This document shows positions 34,624 to 38,023 of a DNA stretch of 38,023 nt, one piece after another. The stretch is from a virus. Lineage: Duplodnaviria; Caudoviricetes. Within the stretch, counting starts at the first letter, position 1. Each line of letters begins with the position of its first letter. A model generated the notes under the pieces. That model had not been told where the DNA came from, ran no database searches, and was given only the letters and a program-made list of their open reading frames with translations. Made by a program: the position numbers and the translations under genes. The stretch covers positions 1 through 38,023 of IMG/VR virus record IMGVR_UViG_3300010218_000024; one strand, 5' to 3'.

Positions 34624-36243
34624 ATGACCAATAACGAAAACACCGTGGCTACCACCGTACCGACAGGCATCGACCTGGACTGGGTCAGCGTCAAGGACCG
34701 GATGCCGAAACTGATCCCGATCGGTGATCCGCCGCACGAGTTCGTTGCGTGCAGCGCCCGTGTCCTGGTCTGCGGATGGGCTGACAAGGAAGTCCACTGG
34801 TCCGTCGCCGACCTGCGGCGCGGCGGCCAAGGCATCGAAGACCGCGCCGTTCGCTGGAATACGGACGCTGATGTTTTCTGGCATCGCGATCACCTGATTA
34901 CCCATTGGGCGCCGCTGTCCAAACCGGGCGAAGCTAGCGCGACCAATGGCGCACCCGTTAGTGCACCCATCGACGCCGTGATTGTGCACAAGAGCACTGC
35001 TGTAGGATGGACCGAATCGCCGCGACCAGCCGCTGCCAACACGGATGATCTCCTGGCGGCGCTGCGTGCGTTCGGCGTCACGTACGATGACGAAATCCCG
35101 TACAACACCGGCTGGTTTGCCGCCGGTTCCTGCATGGCACGCACCACCGCAGCGGAGGCGGCAGAGGTTGCGCTGGAAATGATCGAGGAACGCTACGACA
35201 CCCTGCAGCGCGTTTACGACACCGTAAAATGCCAGGTGGATCGTGCTTACAACGACGGGCTGGCCGACAGAACATCCGCTGCGGCGCAGGCATTTCCCGA
35301 GCGCGACCCATCGAAAGGCGCCTACCAACAGGGCCTTTACCGTAAGTTCGATGTCCGTCGCGTCGACGGGAGCGACCACCCCGAAGGAAAGCACTGCGGC
35401 TGCCGCTATTTCGTGCTGGACCTAACGCACGACCAGCACGCGCCGGCTGCAATGCGCGCGTATGCCGCTGCATGCGAAGCGAGGCATCCGCAACTGGCCG
35501 CCGACATCGTTGCTGAGTTCGGGCACGCACCCGAGACAGCGCATGCCGATGACCTCGCGTGGCACAAAGAATCGCTGAAGCGACATACCTCCAAGCTGCA
35601 GGCTGTGTGGGAAGGCATCCGCGAGGCCGTCCAGAAGTACAGCGGTGCGCCACGTGAGGGCGAGCCTTTTGAACGCCTCGACGAGCTGCTGTCGCGGCTG
35701 AGCGCATCGGCGCATGCATTGCAAGACGCAGCGCCGGCCGAGCTGTGCATCGGCGTGAGCAACAACGACGAAGGCGTGCACATCAACGTCATGCAGCCGC
35801 ACGCGGATGGCAGTGCCACCGTGCTCCACTCGGCAGAGTGCCCGAAGGGCGACAGCTTCGCGCGCTTCGCCATCGGCCCTGTCGCCGCTGTTGCGCCTTC
35901 CGACGCGACGGAAAATGCTGACGCTGGCAATGCGGACGGACAGGTGCTGAAGGGCATCGGGAAAATCAACGGTGACGGCTGGAAGGATGTCACTCGCAAG
36001 GGCGAGGTGGTTTCTGTTTGGAATACCGAACTGCCTCGCCCCTACAAAGCAGGACAATTCCCTCGCATCGGCAACTGCGGCTGGTCAGCCAGCACGGACC
36101 AGTATGATTTTCAGCCTGCGACCGCCGAAGAGGCGCGCGAGGCAATTGAGGCCATCATTGACAGCCGATCCCCCGCCACCAGCGCGGCCGACGCAATAGC
36201 GACGGATCAACAGGCCGGTTATCTCGGCACTGAAAAGTACTAG
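34624..36243 (+). CDS. Mosaic multi-module phage protein (DUF551-like N-terminus)
   Basis: WVSVKDRMP...ITHWAPL module, GLYRKFDVRRVDG...YFVLDL module, Ala-rich linkers. Confidence 0.7.
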   Translation: MTNNENTVATTVPTGIDLDWVSVKDRMPKLIPIGDPPHEFVACSARVLVCGWADKEVHWSVADLRRGGQGIEDRAVRWNTDADVFWHRDHLITHWAPLSKPGEASATNGAPVSAPIDAVIVHKSTAVGWTESPRPAAANTDDLLAALRAFGVTYDDEIPYNTGWFAAGSCMARTTAAEAAEVALEMIEERYDTLQRVYDTVKCQVDRAYNDGLADRTSAAAQAFPERDPSKGAYQQGLYRKFDVRRVDGSDHPEGKHCGCRYFVLDLTHDQHAPAAMRAYAAACEARHPQLAADIVAEFGHAPETAHADDLAWHKESLKRHTSKLQAVWEGIREAVQKYSGAPREGEPFERLDELLSRLSASAHALQDAAPAELCIGVSNNDEGVHINVMQPHADGSATVLHSAECPKGDSFARFAIGPVAAVAPSDATENADAGNADGQVLKGIGKINGDGWKDVTRKGEVVSVWNTELPRPYKAGQFPRIGNCGWSASTDQYDFQPATAEEAREAIEAIIDSRSPATSAADAIATDQQAGYLGTEKY

Positions 36244-36251
36244 GAAATATC

Positions 36252-36500
36252 ATGAAGGTTCCACCACTTCTTCTCGATCTCCCGACCGTTGCAGACGTCG
36301 TGTCCCTCTCCACCGCGACGATACAGAAGCTCGTCCGCGAGAACAGCTTCCCAAAGCCGCGCGTCATTTCTGGCCGACGCGTGGGCTGGCTGATGCGCGA
36401 AGTCGAGGAGTGGTCCGAGTCGCGACCGGTATCCGACCTGCTCCCGCCAGTCAACGCCGGCATCAGGAAAGCGACTCCAGAACCTGGCTCCACTTCGTGA
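36252..36500 (+). CDS. AlpA-family regulator / probable excisionase
   Basis: LSTATIQKLV...FPKPRVISGRRVGWLMREVEEW; convergent with the integrase. Confidence 0.9.
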   Translation: MKVPPLLLDLPTVADVVSLSTATIQKLVRENSFPKPRVISGRRVGWLMREVEEWSESRPVSDLLPPVNAGIRKATPEPGSTS

Positions 36501-37743
36501 GCCAGACAACCTTCTCGGCGTCGTAGTCGTGCTGGTTATAGACGCCCTCGACGCCGGGCAGCATGTGCCCCAGCATCACCTCGCCCGCGTCCTTCGGGCA
36601 CCCCAGCGCCGCCAGCTGCGTCCTGACCGTGCGACGCAGATCGTGCGGTGACCATCGCGTGACAGGCAGGCGCGGACGCTCCACCTCAGGATTGGTCATC
36701 GAATACGGCATGTGGTAGTACACCGAGGTCTGCACGACCTTCTGCTGCACGTGTCCCTCACTCTTCTTCACCGGCTTGAACAGATAGCCGGATTTCTCGA
36801 CCGCCAGGCGGCGCTCGACGACCTGGCGAGCCTTGCCAAACAGCGGCACCCGGAAGTCGGCCGCCTGGTCGAAGCGCGCGTTCTTTGTCTTGGCCTTCGG
36901 GCACGTCCACCACAGCACGCCATCCTCCTGCGCAATCTCGTGCGCCTCCATCTGGACGATTTCGGCGCCCCGGGCACCGGTCCACAAGTAGAGGGTCAGG
37001 ACGTCGCTTACGTTGCGCGAAAAATTCGGCAGGAACGCAATCAGGACGCGCAGCTCATCCTGTGACAGTGTGCGCTTGGCCGTGCCAATGGTCACGCCCG
37101 CAATGCGCTTCCCCTTGCTCTTGAGCCGGCCGCGCATGATCTGTCGCCACCAATTAGGCGTGTCTTCCGGCAGCCGGCCGGCGTCAAGCGCATAGTCCCA
37201 GGCTCCAGCCAGCTCGGCACGCAGCTTGCCACACTGGACCGGCGTGTCGACGTAGAGTTCGAGCAGATCGAAGGCCGCCGCCCGGGTCAGGTCGCCGGCC
37301 GGCAGCTCGGCGATCGGCTCCGCGCCCTTCACCAGCGTGCGCCTGCCTTCCGCGGCGCCCTTGGCCTTTCTTACCCGCGCAAGGTGTTCGCAGTAGTCGT
37401 CGATGACGTGCCGCACCAGGTAGCCTTCTCGCTTCTTCCGCGCCCGTTCCGCTTCGGCGGCCGCTCGCTGGGCCTCACGCGCTTGCTGCCGTTCAGCCGC
37501 CAGCTCGCGACCGGCCCGGTTCTGGGTCTTGACCTGCTCCCATTCAGTGACCGCCTTGTGGTATGACATCGCTGGCCATTGCCCCAATTTGGCCTGCTTC
37601 ATCTTGCCATCGCTGGGGGATTTATAGCGGTAAATCCACGTGCGGCACTTGGCCCGCGCCTCGAGGCGCAGGCCGGGATGGTCCGCAAACGTGATATGCT
37701 CCCCCGCCTGTAGGAGCTTCGCGGCTCTGGGATCAAAGGACAT
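36463..37743 (-). CDS. int: Tyrosine integrase with N-terminal arm-binding domain
   Basis: GLRLE...WIYRY...LGQWPAMS arm domain; TGAR, K, HDLRRT, LGH and VY catalytic motifs. Confidence 0.96.
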   Translation of the reverse strand: MSFDPRAAKLLQAGEHITFADHPGLRLEARAKCRTWIYRYKSPSDGKMKQAKLGQWPAMSYHKAVTEWEQVKTQNRAGRELAAERQQAREAQRAAAEAERARKKREGYLVRHVIDDYCEHLARVRKAKGAAEGRRTLVKGAEPIAELPAGDLTRAAAFDLLELYVDTPVQCGKLRAELAGAWDYALDAGRLPEDTPNWWRQIMRGRLKSKGKRIAGVTIGTAKRTLSQDELRVLIAFLPNFSRNVSDVLTLYLWTGARGAEIVQMEAHEIAQEDGVLWWTCPKAKTKNARFDQAADFRVPLFGKARQVVERRLAVEKSGYLFKPVKKSEGHVQQKVVQTSVYYHMPYSMTNPEVERPRLPVTRWSPHDLRRTVRTQLAALGCPKDAGEVMLGHMLPGVEGVYNQHDYDAEKVVWLTKWSQVLESLS

Positions 37744-37745
37744 CT

Positions 37746-37817
37746 TGGCGTAGCATTTTCAAAATTTCGGAAATCGTCGGCGTAGCATTGTACGCGATGA
37801 CCGAAAATACTACGCCA
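37746..37817. promoter_or_regulatory. Putative integrase arm-type sites GGCGTAGC (37747, 37779) and ACTACGCC (37809)
   Basis: Match the 8-mers at 142-161; the first lies 3 bp from the int start codon. Confidence 0.7.
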
Positions 37818-37875
37818 AAATGTTGAGTGTCGCTATATGTGGATATGCGCAGATAGCAAAGCAATGAAATGTGGG

Positions 37876-38023
37876 ATGGCGGGAATGCATAGCGAAATCA
37901 AGGACTTGACTAAGAATTTTGCGGAGAATCAACCTGTTAGGAAAGGGGTTGAAACTCGCCACACCCCCATGATGCAGCAGTACCTGAGCATCAAGGCCGA
38001 CTACCCCACGATGCTCGTCTTCT
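37876..38023 (+). CDS. mutS: MutS (partial, runs off the window) with a phage-encoded replacement N-terminus
   Basis: MAGMHSEIKDLTKNFAENQPVRKGVETR fused in frame to HTPMMQQYLSIKADYPTMLVF; other in-frame ATGs at 37837, 37864 and 37885. Confidence 0.88.
   Translation, partial: MAGMHSEIKDLTKNFAENQPVRKGVETRHTPMMQQYLSIKADYPTMLVF
37960..37983 (+). repeat. att core, right junction: CACACCCCCATGATGCAGCAGTAC
   Basis: Direct repeat of 84-107. Confidence 0.95.

Larger units (their letters stand above)
84..37983. mobile_element. Lambda-like temperate siphophage prophage integrated in mutS
   Basis: Flanked by 24-bp direct repeats; integrase, AlpA, immunity, replication, packaging, head, tail and lysis modules all present with open frames. 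Confidence 0.97.

Overview
The window is almost entirely one apparently complete temperate siphophage prophage (about 37.9 kb, 84-37983) integrated into the 5' end of the host mismatch-repair gene mutS. A 24-bp direct repeat encoding HTPMMQQY flanks it (84-107 and 37960-37983, one mismatch). The native mutS start survives only as a 30-codon stub on the left, while phage DNA on the right supplies a new in-frame N-terminus for the rest of mutS. The minus strand carries cro, cII-like, primase-helicase, origin, late regulator, cos, lambda-type terminase and portal, a protease-capsid fusion, tail genes, a tailspike and the holin/GH19 endolysin/Rz/Rz1 cassette. The plus strand carries a non-cleavable CI, an Arc-like protein and an early operon (ParB-like, SF3 ATPase-like, DEDDh exonuclease, AlpA). 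A tyrosine integrase lies on the minus strand at the right end. The most notable accessory items are a Tae/Tai-like amidase effector-immunity pair next to attL, a lipoprotein moron in the tail operon, a small WYL-like gene antisense between cII and cro, and an antisense gene overlapping cI whose product resembles the CI C-terminal domain. The host is probably a betaproteobacterium (inference). All family assignments come from motif recognition by eye; no searches were run.
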